From: an uncultured delta proteobacterium
Lineage (GTDB): Bacteria; Desulfobacterota; Binatia; Binatales; Binataceae
Direction of reading: 5' to 3'
Length of the DNA stretch: 64,000 bases
NCBI GenBank assembly: GCA_963808235.1
Contig: CAWEEQ010000004.1
Location: 3,680,001-3,744,000, forward strand
A program made the translations under genes and the position numbers. Under the pieces are notes generated by a model, which saw nothing but the letters and a program-made list of their open reading frames with translations, had not been told where the DNA came from and did not search any database. Shown in pieces: positions 29,045 through 39,437 of this stretch (the stretch's first letter is position 1; each line of letters opens with the position of its first letter).

Positions 29045-31177
29045 ATGATCACCTGTCCCGAATGCGGCCAAGAAGCACCGGACGACGCAAAGTTTTGCGA
29101 TCGATGCGGCCAGGGCCTGTCCCGGTCCGCGTCGTCCGCGCCATCCTCACCGACGCGGCCGACACCGCTTAGTGCGGGCGCGACTCTGAAGGGCGGAATC
29201 GAGATCGTCGAGCTGATTGGGCAGACTTCGATCGAAAATAGATACCGCGCCAGGCAAACCGGCAAGGACAATTCAGCGCCCGCGACGATCACGCTGCGCG
29301 AGCGACTCGGTCCGTCGCAACCTGAGCAGGTGGAACAAGAGCCCGCGCCCGAGCCGAAGGAGCCTGCGCCCAAGCCGGCCGAGGATCCCAACGGCCCGCG
29401 CGCCAAGACGGCCGAGTTACGACGACCTTCCGCGGAGAAAAACGGGACCTCGTCAGCGCTTCCGGCCGCGAGCTCGCGATCGGAAATCGCGCCGGGCGCG
29501 GGAGCGTCGCCGGCGAGTCCTGAAGCGGGAATTGAAATCGAGTCGATCGAGTCTGGTTCTGTGAGGGCTGAGAGCAACGAGGACGCGCTTTCCGCAGGCG
29601 CGGACGCCACGACTTCCGAGCCCCTGAGTGCTGAAGCGCTCGATCCGGTCGCTGCAGAGCCTAGCGAAGACTCCAGGGAAGACGCCAAGCAAGACGCCAA
29701 AGTTGATACTGAAGATCTCGACCGTGCGGGAGAACGTTCGGAAGAGCCGGTCGAAGATCATGCCGCCCCGGAAGACCTTGGCGAGGTCTTCGGCCGCGTG
29801 CTCGCGCTCTCGCAGATGATCAGTCATCCCGCGTTCCAGCGCGCGGCTGCGGGGTTCAGCGACAACGGGCGCGTTTACCTGGTGTATGCCGACGAAGGCC
29901 TGTCGCCGCTGCAGCGCACCGGGAAAGGTGTTGCTCGCATGAGCGAGGCTGACGCGGTCGCGTCGGCGGTGCAGGTCTGCCAGGCAATTTCGTTTGTGCA
30001 TCGCAGGGCGCTGCGCCTGAACGACATCTGCCCGGAGTCGATCGCGCTCGCGAAGGATGGCCGTCTGAAGCTGACCGGCCTTGACTACGTGAGCAATGAC
30101 AATGAGCTGCAATCCGAGCCTATTTTCAACGACGGATACACGGCGCCGGAAATCTATCGCGGCAAGCGAGTTGACAAACGCGCGGATATTTTTTCTGCCG
30201 GCGCGCTGCTCTACACGTGGCTGACCGGATCGAGAATTCCGAGCGAGAGCTGGCGCGAGGAGGGCGGCCCGGTCCAGTTCTATCCGCCGCACGTGGTTAC
30301 CCCAAGGCTCGAGAATGCGATCCGTCGTGCGATTGCGTTCAATCCCGCGGACCGATGGCAAACGATCGACGAGTTCAAGGCTGAGCTGATTGCGCTCGGC
30401 GGCAGCTTGCGGATGCGCGCGGCCGCGATGACCGACGTTGGGCGGGTGCGCGAGCATAATGAAGACTCGGTGCTCGCGGTCGAGTACACGCGCGAGTCGA
30501 TGGTCGATCCGGCCGAGCAGCATTTGTACGTGGTGGCCGACGGCATGGGCGGCGCCGAAGCCGGCGAAGTCGCTTCTGCAATTGCCGTAGAAACGATCCG
30601 GGAATACATTGAGGGCAAGCTCGAAGGTGCGGGCAGCGGCGCTTCGAACGGTGCGGAGTTGTTGGCCGCGGCACTCGAGCAAGCCAATTCCAGGATTATC
30701 GAATACGTGGCGAGTCACCCGGAGTCCCGAGGAATGGGTTCCACCGGCGTGTGCGCGCTGGTGACGCCGCCCAATGCGGCGCTTGCGTGGGTGGGCGACA
30801 GCCGCGCCTACGTCATGGAGGGTTCGACTCTGCGCCAGGTCACCAAGGATCATTCGCTGGTGCAGCGGCTGGTTGAAATCGGCCAGATCAGCGCCGACGA
30901 AGCGCGCACCCACGAACACAAGAACGTGATCACGCGGTCGCTCGGCGCGCGACAGAGCGGACCGGCCGGTGCGGAATCGCTTGCGTTAAAGCTGAAGCGC
31001 GGAGACAAGATGGTGCTCTGCAGCGACGGACTGACCGCGCATGTCGAGGACAATCAGATCCACGACATCCTCGGACGGCATCATGATCCGTACGAGGCCG
31101 CGCGTGAGCTGATCGTCGCGGCGAACGCGGGCGGAGGAACCGACAACATTTCCGTGGTGGTGGTGTTTGCAAGCTAG
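29045..31177 (+). CDS. Zn-ribbon + pseudokinase + PP2C (Stp1-like) phosphatase fusion
   Basis: 'CPECG....CDRCG'; degenerate kinase 'LNDICPESI/LTGLD/YTAPE'; PP2C 'GRVREHNED','VVADGMGG','GDSR','CSDGL','GGTDNIS'. Confidence 0.88.
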   Translation: MITCPECGQEAPDDAKFCDRCGQGLSRSASSAPSSPTRPTPLSAGATLKGGIEIVELIGQTSIENRYRARQTGKDNSAPATITLRERLGPSQPEQVEQEPAPEPKEPAPKPAEDPNGPRAKTAELRRPSAEKNGTSSALPAASSRSEIAPGAGASPASPEAGIEIESIESGSVRAESNEDALSAGADATTSEPLSAEALDPVAAEPSEDSREDAKQDAKVDTEDLDRAGERSEEPVEDHAAPEDLGEVFGRVLALSQMISHPAFQRAAAGFSDNGRVYLVYADEGLSPLQRTGKGVARMSEADAVASAVQVCQAISFVHRRALRLNDICPESIALAKDGRLKLTGLDYVSNDNELQSEPIFNDGYTAPEIYRGKRVDKRADIFSAGALLYTWLTGSRIPSESWREEGGPVQFYPPHVVTPRLENAIRRAIAFNPADRWQTIDEFKAELIALGGSLRMRAAAMTDVGRVREHNEDSVLAVEYTRESMVDPAEQHLYVVADGMGGAEAGEVASAIAVETIREYIEGKLEGAGSGASNGAELLAAALEQANSRIIEYVASHPESRGMGSTGVCALVTPPNAALAWVGDSRAYVMEGSTLRQVTKDHSLVQRLVEIGQISADEARTHEHKNVITRSLGARQSGPAGAESLALKLKRGDKMVLCSDGLTAHVEDNQIHDILGRHHDPYEAARELIVAANAGGGTDNISVVVVFAS

Positions 31178-31198
31178 CCGCGCACGACGCGCGGACGA

Positions 31199-33610
31199 AT
31201 GACCATGGCCGATACCAAAGATCAGTCGCAGCCGATGACCGGGCCGCTGGCCCCGGGCACCGTGCTGCAGAACCGCTACGCGATCGAGAAACTTCTCGGC
31301 GGCGGCGGGATGGGAATGGTCTACCTGGCGCGCGATCAGCGGCTTGCGAATCGTCCCTGCGCGATCAAGGAAATGGTCGATCACTTTATCGATCAGGCGC
31401 AGCGGATCGAGGCCAACGAATATTTCGCGCGCGAGGCCGACACGCTGGCGCAACTGAAGCATCAGGCAATTCCCGCGATCACCGACCGCTTCGAAATCTC
31501 CAATCGACATTACCTGGTGATGGAGTACGTCGAGGGGCGCAACCTCGAGGAGGAGCTTGCCGCGCGCGGCGAGCCGCTGCCGGAGGGGCTGGTGATCGAC
31601 ATCGCGCGCCAGTTGAGCGACGTGCTTGCGTATCTGCACGGTCTGAAGCCGCCGATCATCTACCGCGACATGAAGCCCTCCAACGTGATGCTGAATCCCA
31701 ACGGGCGCGTGGTGCTGGTGGACTTTGGAATCGCGCGGCTCTTCAAGGCGGCGCGCAAGGGCACCATGATCGGCACGCTCGGCTTCGCGCCGCCCGAGCA
31801 GTACCAGGGCAACGTCGATCCGCGCAGCGACATCTATTCGCTCGGCGCGACGCTGCACTATGTCCTGACCGGCCGCGATCCGGAGAAGTTCCCGCCGTTC
31901 AGTTTTCCGCCGCTACGCGAGCTGCGGCCCGGCGCCTCGAGCAACCTGGCCGGCGCGATCGACGCGGCGCTCGCTTACGAGATGAACGGGCGGCCCGCCA
32001 CGATCCAGGAATTCCGCGACATGATGCTTTACGGGCGCGGGCTCTCGCAGGGTGGCTCGGCCGGAGTCAGCTCCACCAGCGGCACCGGCGGACTCGCGCA
32101 ATATGCGGAGCTGCCTTACGAAGACGACTATCCGCTCGAAGCGCGCAAGCCGCGCAGCCGCGCCGGCCGCGCGATCGGGCTCGCGATTTTTCTATGCGTG
32201 CTCGGCGGCGGTGCTTTCGGCGCGACCTATATTTATTCGAACCCCGAGCTTCAGCTTCGGCTCGGGATCAAGCCGCTAATCGACGGGCTTCCGTGGCGTC
32301 ATGAGGAGTTGCTTGCGAAGGCGCGCGAAAATCCGCTCGAGTTTCAGCAGATGACGCTCGCGCTCTCGACTCGTGAAGGCACCGCGCTCGGGCCGCCGCA
32401 GGCGGTCTTCAACGACACCGACTTGACCAACGCGCGCTATCTGAAATGGACGGCGAGCTTCAAGAACCTGCTCGCGGGGCTGGACGGCCGCGACGAAAAA
32501 GTCGAGGCGCGATTTTACGATCCGAACGGGCTTCAGATTGCGTCCAGCGACGCGAATCTCTTTATCGGTCCAGCGCAGTCGACCGCTGACTTCACCGGCG
32601 TCGCGCTGATGCCGACGATGACTGACAAGCCGGCCGGCAGCTACAAGGTGGCGCTCTATTCCGATGACAAGATGCTCGCGCAGGAAGGATTCAAGGTTAA
32701 TCAGGATGTAAACGCGCGGGCCTCCGCGGCTGCGGCCGAGGCGGCGACCGTTGCGGCGGCAAAGGCCGAGGAAAAGAGGCGCGAAGACGAGGCGCGCCGC
32801 CTTGCAATGATCGATGAGCGGCGCGCGAAGCCGCTCGCCCTTCGGAGCATCGACTTCCTCAATACGACCAAGACCGGCGCCGCGATTTCCGGAGTGACCA
32901 ACTCCTTTGACGTGGCCAAAGTGTTGTTCGTCGGCTGGCAGGTCAAGTTCGACAACCGGCTCTATAAGCTCGAGCCCAATCAATATCGGGTCGACGCGGT
33001 GTATATCGGCCCCGACGGGCGAACGCTCGGGAGCGTCAACGACTTCCAGGCGGTCTCCGCCAGCACGCGGGCGGTGACCTTCAGCGGACGCGTCGGCAAC
33101 TCGCGCGGCGGCGCCTTCCTGCCGGGAACCTACACGGTCAATTTTCTTTTGAACGGGCAATCGTTCGCGGAGAAGCAATTTCGCGTGGTCGCCGATGCCG
33201 GCGGACCGTACGCGACCTACCCCGGCTCGAGCGGCGCTATCGGCACCTCGATGGGCCGCAGCGGAGGCGGTGGCGGTAGCGTGGCGTCCTCGGGCGGCGG
33301 AAGCATGCTGGGGCCGACAATCGCAACCGGCACGATCAGCGGTCTTCGTAGCGGGGGCACTCCTGAGATGGAGCTTAGACTCCGTCCGCAGCCCAACGGG
33401 TTCCTGCATGGCGAGCTCGATATCCACCTCTCGGGGTTTGGCTCTACGCCGATCGAAGGATACGTCCGCGGCGACCATCTTCAGTTCCAGGTCCCGTACG
33501 GCACCGAGACTTTTTACTTCGAGGGACAGCGCCGGCTCGATCAAATCAGTGGCACCTTCGAGTCGACACCGTCGGGTGAGCGCGGCACCTGGACCGCGCA
33601 AGCGAACTGA
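31199..33610 (+). CDS. Membrane-spanning Ser/Thr kinase with extracytoplasmic beta-rich domains
   Basis: Intact kinase motifs 'GGGGMG', 'AIKEM', 'YRDMKPSN', 'DFG'; TM 'IGLAIFLCVLGGGAFGATYIY'. Confidence 0.9.
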   Translation: MTMADTKDQSQPMTGPLAPGTVLQNRYAIEKLLGGGGMGMVYLARDQRLANRPCAIKEMVDHFIDQAQRIEANEYFAREADTLAQLKHQAIPAITDRFEISNRHYLVMEYVEGRNLEEELAARGEPLPEGLVIDIARQLSDVLAYLHGLKPPIIYRDMKPSNVMLNPNGRVVLVDFGIARLFKAARKGTMIGTLGFAPPEQYQGNVDPRSDIYSLGATLHYVLTGRDPEKFPPFSFPPLRELRPGASSNLAGAIDAALAYEMNGRPATIQEFRDMMLYGRGLSQGGSAGVSSTSGTGGLAQYAELPYEDDYPLEARKPRSRAGRAIGLAIFLCVLGGGAFGATYIYSNPELQLRLGIKPLIDGLPWRHEELLAKARENPLEFQQMTLALSTREGTALGPPQAVFNDTDLTNARYLKWTASFKNLLAGLDGRDEKVEARFYDPNGLQIASSDANLFIGPAQSTADFTGVALMPTMTDKPAGSYKVALYSDDKMLAQEGFKVNQDVNARASAAAAEAATVAAAKAEEKRREDEARRLAMIDERRAKPLALRSIDFLNTTKTGAAISGVTNSFDVAKVLFVGWQVKFDNRLYKLEPNQYRVDAVYIGPDGRTLGSVNDFQAVSASTRAVTFSGRVGNSRGGAFLPGTYTVNFLLNGQSFAEKQFRVVADAGGPYATYPGSSGAIGTSMGRSGGGGGSVASSGGGSMLGPTIATGTISGLRSGGTPEMELRLRPQPNGFLHGELDIHLSGFGSTPIEGYVRGDHLQFQVPYGTETFYFEGQRRLDQISGTFESTPSGERGTWTAQAN

Positions 33611-33637
33611 GCCGGTGGCATCGCGAGTATAAGTAAT

Positions 33638-34033
33638 TTGGACTTGCTCGAAGAGGCGGGAATTCCGCCACCGCGTTCACCGATCATAACCGACGAGGAT
33701 CGCGCCGCGCTTGCGAGCATCGCGCTCGCGCAGCGGCAGTTCTACTACGTCTTCACATTTTTCGTGGGGCTGGTTGCCGGCGCGGCGATCGCCTACGCAA
33801 TCGGTTATGACGACATGGTTCGTAGCATCTTCCGATGGGCGATTTCGGGCACTGGCCTGGCATTGATCGTGAGCGTGCTCAACTTATCGAGATTGTTTTC
33901 CTTCAAGTGCCCGCGCTGCGATCAGCCGTTTTTTCTGGGCGTCGGAGATCCTGGAAAAATTTTCTCGAAGCAGTGCGGCACCTGCGGCCTGCCGCTCAAC
34001 CTACCGCCTGAACCGTCGTTCGACACCGACTGA
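33638..34033 (+). CDS. Small two-TM protein with C-terminal Cys4 Zn ribbon
   Basis: Two hydrophobic segments, 'CPRC...CGTC'. Confidence 0.6.
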   Translation: MDLLEEAGIPPPRSPIITDEDRAALASIALAQRQFYYVFTFFVGLVAGAAIAYAIGYDDMVRSIFRWAISGTGLALIVSVLNLSRLFSFKCPRCDQPFFLGVGDPGKIFSKQCGTCGLPLNLPPEPSFDTD

Positions 34034-34107
34034 CAAGCCACAGAGGGTCACTTCCGATATGCGCTTGAACACGCTTCATGCACCGGTAATGCTGATTGGG
34101 AAGCATC

Positions 34108-34977
34108 ATGGCTAGCAACGTCTCACAGGAAAAGCTTCTGTTTTATGCCGCAGCCGGCGCACTGGGCGGTTTCGCGGCGTGGGGCCTGGCCGAGCCGATC
34201 CTCGGAATCCGATCGGTCTATGGACGCGACATTTTATTCGGCGCACTGATCGGCGCGCTGATCAGCGCATTTCTCGCGTCGATCGAAACGCTGAGCGTCG
34301 GGCAGTGGCGGCAAGCGGCGCGTCGATTCCTGATGGGAGGAATAATCGGCGCTGTGGGCGGAGCCCTGGGCCTGATTATCGGCGAGTTTGCGTTCGACAT
34401 ACTGGGCGGGCTCACCGGGCGAATCCTCGGCTGGGGCGTGCTCGGAACCGCGGTCGGACTCGGCGTCGGATCGGCGTCGGGATCGGCAGCGCGCAGGCGC
34501 AATGGCGCTATCGGCGGGATGCTTGGCGGGGCGATCGGCGGATTTTTTTACCAGGGTCTCACCACTACATTTCCGCAGGCGTTCGGACGCGCGATCGCAA
34601 TTATCATTCTTGGCGCGCTGATCGGATTCTTTATCGGATTGGTCTCGGAGCTGCTCAAGCGCGGATGGCTGATGGTGGTGCGCAGTCAGAGCCGCAACGC
34701 GCGCGAAGGCCGCGAATATCCGCTGACCAAGGGCGTGACGATTATCGGCCGCGCCGAGGAAAGCGATATTGGATTGTTCGGCGATCAGACCGTGCTCGGC
34801 AGTCACGCGATCATCAGGCGCGAGGGCAAGAATTTCGTGATCAGTCCCACTGGTGGCCAGATTTTTGTCAATCGACAACCGGTGGCGGGCCGCTATGCGC
34901 TCAAGAGCGGTGACCGGCTCGAAGTCGGCGGCACGCTGTTTCTCTTCCGCGAGCGCGCCCAAGTCGCACAGCGATAA
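34108..34977 (+). CDS. Gly-rich multi-TM membrane protein with C-terminal FHA
   Basis: GxxxG-rich helices; 'IGRAEESDIGLFGD..V...HA.I' FHA-like end. Confidence 0.8.
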   Translation: MASNVSQEKLLFYAAAGALGGFAAWGLAEPILGIRSVYGRDILFGALIGALISAFLASIETLSVGQWRQAARRFLMGGIIGAVGGALGLIIGEFAFDILGGLTGRILGWGVLGTAVGLGVGSASGSAARRRNGAIGGMLGGAIGGFFYQGLTTTFPQAFGRAIAIIILGALIGFFIGLVSELLKRGWLMVVRSQSRNAREGREYPLTKGVTIIGRAEESDIGLFGDQTVLGSHAIIRREGKNFVISPTGGQIFVNRQPVAGRYALKSGDRLEVGGTLFLFRERAQVAQR

Positions 34978-34988
34978 AGAGGGGGATC

Positions 34989-35765
34989 GTGCGGCGATCG
35001 ATCACCAGTCAGGCCGTGCTACTGGTGGCCGTTGGCTTGATCCTCGCCTCGATGCCCTCAGGATGCGCGACAATTGGGCTCGGCAGCGCGCCGGCGCTGC
35101 CGGCGACCTCGATGCAGACGCTCGAGTACTACCCGTTCCAGGTCAAAGGCTACCAGAACAGTTATCCGCATCGATCGATCCTGATCCTGATGCCGGCCGA
35201 TACGCGCGATATGGCTGATACCGGCACCAGCGATACCGCGCCGCTCAATGGCAATCCGGAAGTTGGAGTTATGCTCGACAAGGACGGGGCGGTCGCGCAG
35301 CGCCTGTATGCCAATCCGCTTGGGGCGACCTTGCGCAACGCGATCGCGCGCTCCGCCGATGAGGCCGGATTGACCGCATCCACGTCGGATGACATCGCGT
35401 ACAAACCCGGCGTGAAGAACGCGAGCGAGTATGTGCTCGAGGCCAGGATCACGCGATGCTGGGTGAAAAAGAGCCGCGAGGCCGACGGCCGCTACGGTCC
35501 GGTTTTCCGCGCCGTCGCGGATGTTCGAATCGAGGTCTCGATCTACAAGCCGCCATTCAGCGTTCCATTCTGGACGGGAACTACCGCCGACACCTACTAC
35601 GACCCGCCGGTCGGCAGTTTCGGCCTCGGGCCCGACGACGAGGCGGGCATCTACGACGAGCCAGGACAGGTGCTGTCGGTCGCGATAACGCGCAGCGTCG
35701 CGCAAATCTTCGAGCGCCCGGACTTGCGCAACCTGATGCTCGAAGACGATATCAAGACGCGCTGA
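34989..35765 (+). CDS. Putative lipoprotein
   Basis: Signal peptide with lipobox-like 'PSGC'. Confidence 0.6.
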   Translation: MRRSITSQAVLLVAVGLILASMPSGCATIGLGSAPALPATSMQTLEYYPFQVKGYQNSYPHRSILILMPADTRDMADTGTSDTAPLNGNPEVGVMLDKDGAVAQRLYANPLGATLRNAIARSADEAGLTASTSDDIAYKPGVKNASEYVLEARITRCWVKKSREADGRYGPVFRAVADVRIEVSIYKPPFSVPFWTGTTADTYYDPPVGSFGLGPDDEAGIYDEPGQVLSVAITRSVAQIFERPDLRNLMLEDDIKTR

Positions 35766-35883
35766 GTTGACCGCCTCGGCCCTCGCTCTTTGAAGAGCAA
35801 CGTGGTTGGAATAGCCTTGAGTTTCGCGCCGGAAATTTGAAACGCCGCGCGCCGCCGCTCACTGGAAAAGGAATCAACGCTCG

Positions 35884-36792
35884 ATGGAAATCGGATTCGT
35901 CGGACTCGGCAAAATGGGCATGAATATGGTCGAGCGCCTGCGCCGCGACAATCACAAAATTGTCGCGTTCGATCTCGACCCGGCGAAACTCGAAGAAGTC
36001 TCTACCTTTGGCGCCGACGGCGTCGATTCGCTCAAGGAAATGGTCGCCAGGCTGAAAGCTCCGCGCGGGGTGTGGGTGATGGTCCCGGCCGGCGAGCCGA
36101 CTGAGACCACCATCAACCAGCTAGCCGAATTGCTCCAGCCCGGCGATACCATCATCGACGGCGGCAACACCAACTTCCACGATGACATCCGCAGGGCCTC
36201 GGAACTCGCGAAGAAAAAACTGCATCTTGTCGACGCGGGCACCAGCGGCGGCATCTGGGGCCTCAAGGTTGGCTATTGCTTGATGATCGGTGGCGACCAG
36301 GAAATTTTTCGCCGCTACGAACCAATCTTCAAGACCCTCGCCCCGCCTGATGGCTACGACTACATGGGCGGCGCGGGCGCCGGGCATTACGTGAAGATGA
36401 TTCACAACGGGATCGAGTACGGGCTGATGCAGGCGTATGCGGAAGGCTTCGAGGCCATGCACAAATCCGAGTACGGGCTCGATCTGGAGAAGATCGCGAA
36501 CCTTTGGGGTCAGGGCAGCGTGGTGCGATCATGGCTGCTGGAGCTGACCGCCGACGCGCTCCGGCGGGATCCGGGACTCAAACACATCAAGGGGTTCGTG
36601 GTGGATTCCGGCGAAGGGCGCTGGACGGTGCAGGACGCGATCGACAATGGCGTCTCGATGCCGATCATCACGATGTCGCTGTTCGCGCGGTTCCGATCCC
36701 GCGCCGACAAGGGCGCTGAGGGCACCTTCGCCGAGAAGTTACTTGCCGCGCTGCGCGGCGAATTCGGCGGCCACGCCGTCGTCAAAGAATAA
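35884..36792 (+). CDS. gnd: 6-phosphogluconate dehydrogenase (decarboxylating, short type)
   Basis: 'GLGKMG', 'DGGN', 'DAGTSGG', 'GHYVKMIHNGIEYG', 'DSGEGRW', 'FGGH'. Confidence 0.93.
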   Translation: MEIGFVGLGKMGMNMVERLRRDNHKIVAFDLDPAKLEEVSTFGADGVDSLKEMVARLKAPRGVWVMVPAGEPTETTINQLAELLQPGDTIIDGGNTNFHDDIRRASELAKKKLHLVDAGTSGGIWGLKVGYCLMIGGDQEIFRRYEPIFKTLAPPDGYDYMGGAGAGHYVKMIHNGIEYGLMQAYAEGFEAMHKSEYGLDLEKIANLWGQGSVVRSWLLELTADALRRDPGLKHIKGFVVDSGEGRWTVQDAIDNGVSMPIITMSLFARFRSRADKGAEGTFAEKLLAALRGEFGGHAVVKE

Positions 36793-36812
36793 GTTTTTAA
36801 GGGGCTTGCATC

Positions 36813-38354
36813 ATGGCCGCGACCGCAAACAGGACTGCCGATTTCAGCCATCTGACCCATCCGATCAAGGAACGCCAGCGTTACGATCCATGCATTGTCG
36901 TGATTTTCGGCGGCGCCGGCGATTTGAGCCATCGCAAGCTGATCCCGGCGCTCTACAATCTTTCCCTAGACGGCGAATTGCCCGAGAAGTTCGCGATCCT
37001 CGGATTTTCGATGGAGGATCTCGACGACGAAAAGTACCGCGCGTTTGCGCGCAGCGGAATCGAGCAGTTTTCGCGCCGCCCGATCAAGGAAGATCATTGG
37101 GCAAAGTTCGCTCCGCTGCTCCATTTCAACCGCGGCTCATTCACAGAACCTGCCGACTACGACAATCTGCGCAAAAGGCTCGAGGGACTCGACGTCGAGT
37201 GCGGCACCGCGGGGAATCGCGTGTTCTATTTCGCCATCCCGCCCGCTTTTATCGACACCTGCTCGGAGGGGATGACCAAGGCTGCGCTGATCCATCCGCA
37301 CCAGAAGGGGCTTCCGTTTACCCGGGTAGTGGTCGAAAAACCAATCGGCTCCGACCTCGCGAGCGCATCGGAGATCAACGGCCAGCTCGCGCGGCATTTC
37401 GACGAAGGGCAAATTTTCCGAATCGATCACTACCTCGGCAAGGAAACCGTCGAGAACCTGATGGTGCTCCGCTTTGCCAACGCCATCTTCGAACCAATCT
37501 GGACCGCGCGCTTCGTCGACCATGTGCAGATTACGGTCGCCGAGGCCGAGGGCGTCGGCACCCGCGCGTCGTACTACGATCACGCGGGCGCGTTGCGCGA
37601 CATGGTCCAGAGCCATCTCCTGCAAACGCTGTGCATGATCGCGACCGAGCCTCCCAACACGACCGGAGCGGAGTCAGTGCGCGATGCGAAGCTCGACGTG
37701 CTCCGCGCGCTGCGTCCGCTCGGCGACGACGATATCGAAAAGTGGGTAGTCCGCGGCCAGTACGGCGAGGGTCTGATTGGCGGCGTGCCGGCCAAGGCGT
37801 ATCGCGACGAGGAACATATCGCGCCCGATTCTAAGATCGAAACTTTCGTCGCGCTCCGATGCTGGATCGACAATTGGCGATGGGCCGGCGTGCCGTTTTA
37901 CCTGCGCACCGGAAAGCGGCTCCCCAAGCGCGCTAGCGAGATTGCGATCTACTTCAACAACGTGCCGCGAATCCTGTACAACGCAAATCCGAGGGCGCCG
38001 CTCGCGCCCAATATGCTGACGATCAGAATTCAACCCGACGAAGGTCTCGACCTGCACATCATGTCGAAGGTTCCCGGCTCGCAGACCCGTCTCCAGCAAG
38101 TCAAAGTGGATTTTCACTACGTGACCTCGACTCCGGAGGCCTACGAGACGCTGCTCAACGACGTGATAATTGGCGACCAGACGCTTTTCATGCGCCGCGA
38201 CACGGTCGAAGAAGCATGGCGGTTTGTGCAGCCAATTCTCGACGCGTGGGATCAATCGCCGATGGACGCGCCCCTGTACGCGGCGGGATCGTGGGGCCCA
38301 CTGGAGGCAGCGCTGATGATCGCGGCCGATGGACGCACCTGGCGAACGCTATAG
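36813..38354 (+). CDS. zwf: Glucose-6-phosphate 1-dehydrogenase
   Basis: 'FGGAGDL', 'RIDHYLGKE', 'RWAGVPFYLRTGK'. Confidence 0.95.
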   Translation: MAATANRTADFSHLTHPIKERQRYDPCIVVIFGGAGDLSHRKLIPALYNLSLDGELPEKFAILGFSMEDLDDEKYRAFARSGIEQFSRRPIKEDHWAKFAPLLHFNRGSFTEPADYDNLRKRLEGLDVECGTAGNRVFYFAIPPAFIDTCSEGMTKAALIHPHQKGLPFTRVVVEKPIGSDLASASEINGQLARHFDEGQIFRIDHYLGKETVENLMVLRFANAIFEPIWTARFVDHVQITVAEAEGVGTRASYYDHAGALRDMVQSHLLQTLCMIATEPPNTTGAESVRDAKLDVLRALRPLGDDDIEKWVVRGQYGEGLIGGVPAKAYRDEEHIAPDSKIETFVALRCWIDNWRWAGVPFYLRTGKRLPKRASEIAIYFNNVPRILYNANPRAPLAPNMLTIRIQPDEGLDLHIMSKVPGSQTRLQQVKVDFHYVTSTPEAYETLLNDVIIGDQTLFMRRDTVEEAWRFVQPILDAWDQSPMDAPLYAAGSWGPLEAALMIAADGRTWRTL

Positions 38355-38417
38355 TAAATGACTATTACCAGCGAACTGGTAGAATGACTATTGCGATGGG
38401 TGGAGGCGAATAGCCAG

Positions 38418-39420
38418 ATGAGCGGGAAACGAATTACTCTTACCCGTCATATCATGACCAAAAAAGCGACCGCGGTTCCGGTCGCCGACCTGGCCCTGAT
38501 CATGGAGCGCATCGAGCTTATCGGCAAGCGCATAGCGCGCGAGCTGACCGCGGCCTCGCTCGGCGGCGAGCTTGGTTATACCGGCGCGACCAACGTGCAG
38601 GGGGAACAGGTCAAAAAGCTCGACCAGTGGGGCAACGACGTTTTTCTCGAGGCATTCGAGCATGGCTACCCGGTATGCAGTCTCATTTCGGAGGAAATGG
38701 ACGAGCCGCATCATTACTCATCGAACTGCCGTGACAATAGCTACTGCATACTCTATGACCCTATCGACGGGTCGTCGAACACCGATGTAAACGGATCGCT
38801 CGGTACCATCTTCGCCGTGAAGAAGCGCGCGAAGAGCCACGGCGCCGGCATCGAAGATCTCCTCGGGCCGGGAAGTGCGCAGGTCGTCGCGGGATACATA
38901 CTTTATGGGCCGAGCACGCAGCTCATTTATACTGCCGGCGACGGTGTCGACATCTTCACGCTCGACCGCAGCCTCGGCGAGTTCATTTTGTGGAAGGAAA
39001 ACGTAAAGATGCCGCCGCATGGCGGCTACTACGCGGTGAACCAGGGCAACGTGGGAAAGTGGCACGACGGCGCGCGCAAATTCCTCGCGCATATCACCAG
39101 CCGCAAGGACAAGCGCACCAGCTACTCGCTGCGCTACTGCGGCGCGTTCGCCGCCGATTTCCATCGATGCCTGCTCGAAGGCGGAATCTACTTGTACCCC
39201 GGTGAAGTCTCGGAGGGCGGCAAGGCCAAGGGCAAGCTTCGCCTCCTCTATGAACTCGCGCCGCTCTCGATGCTGGCGGAGCAGGCGGGCGGGCGCGGCT
39301 CGACCGGCAACGGGCGGATTCTCGATATTAGCTGCAACCGCGATTCACGAGCGGCATCCGATCTACATCGGCAGCGTCGAAGAAGTCGCGCTGGCCGAGC
39401 AATTCAAAGTCGAAGGTTGA
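38418..39420 (+). CDS. fbp: Class 1 fructose-1,6-bisphosphatase, frameshifted near 39330
   Basis: 'SEE', 'DPIDGSSN', 'GTIF', 'KGKLRLLYE'; conserved tail 'IHERHPIYIGS' lies in another frame ending at 39420; GGAGG SD. Confidence 0.88.
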
Positions 39421-39437
39421 CGCGGCGCAGATCGGGA

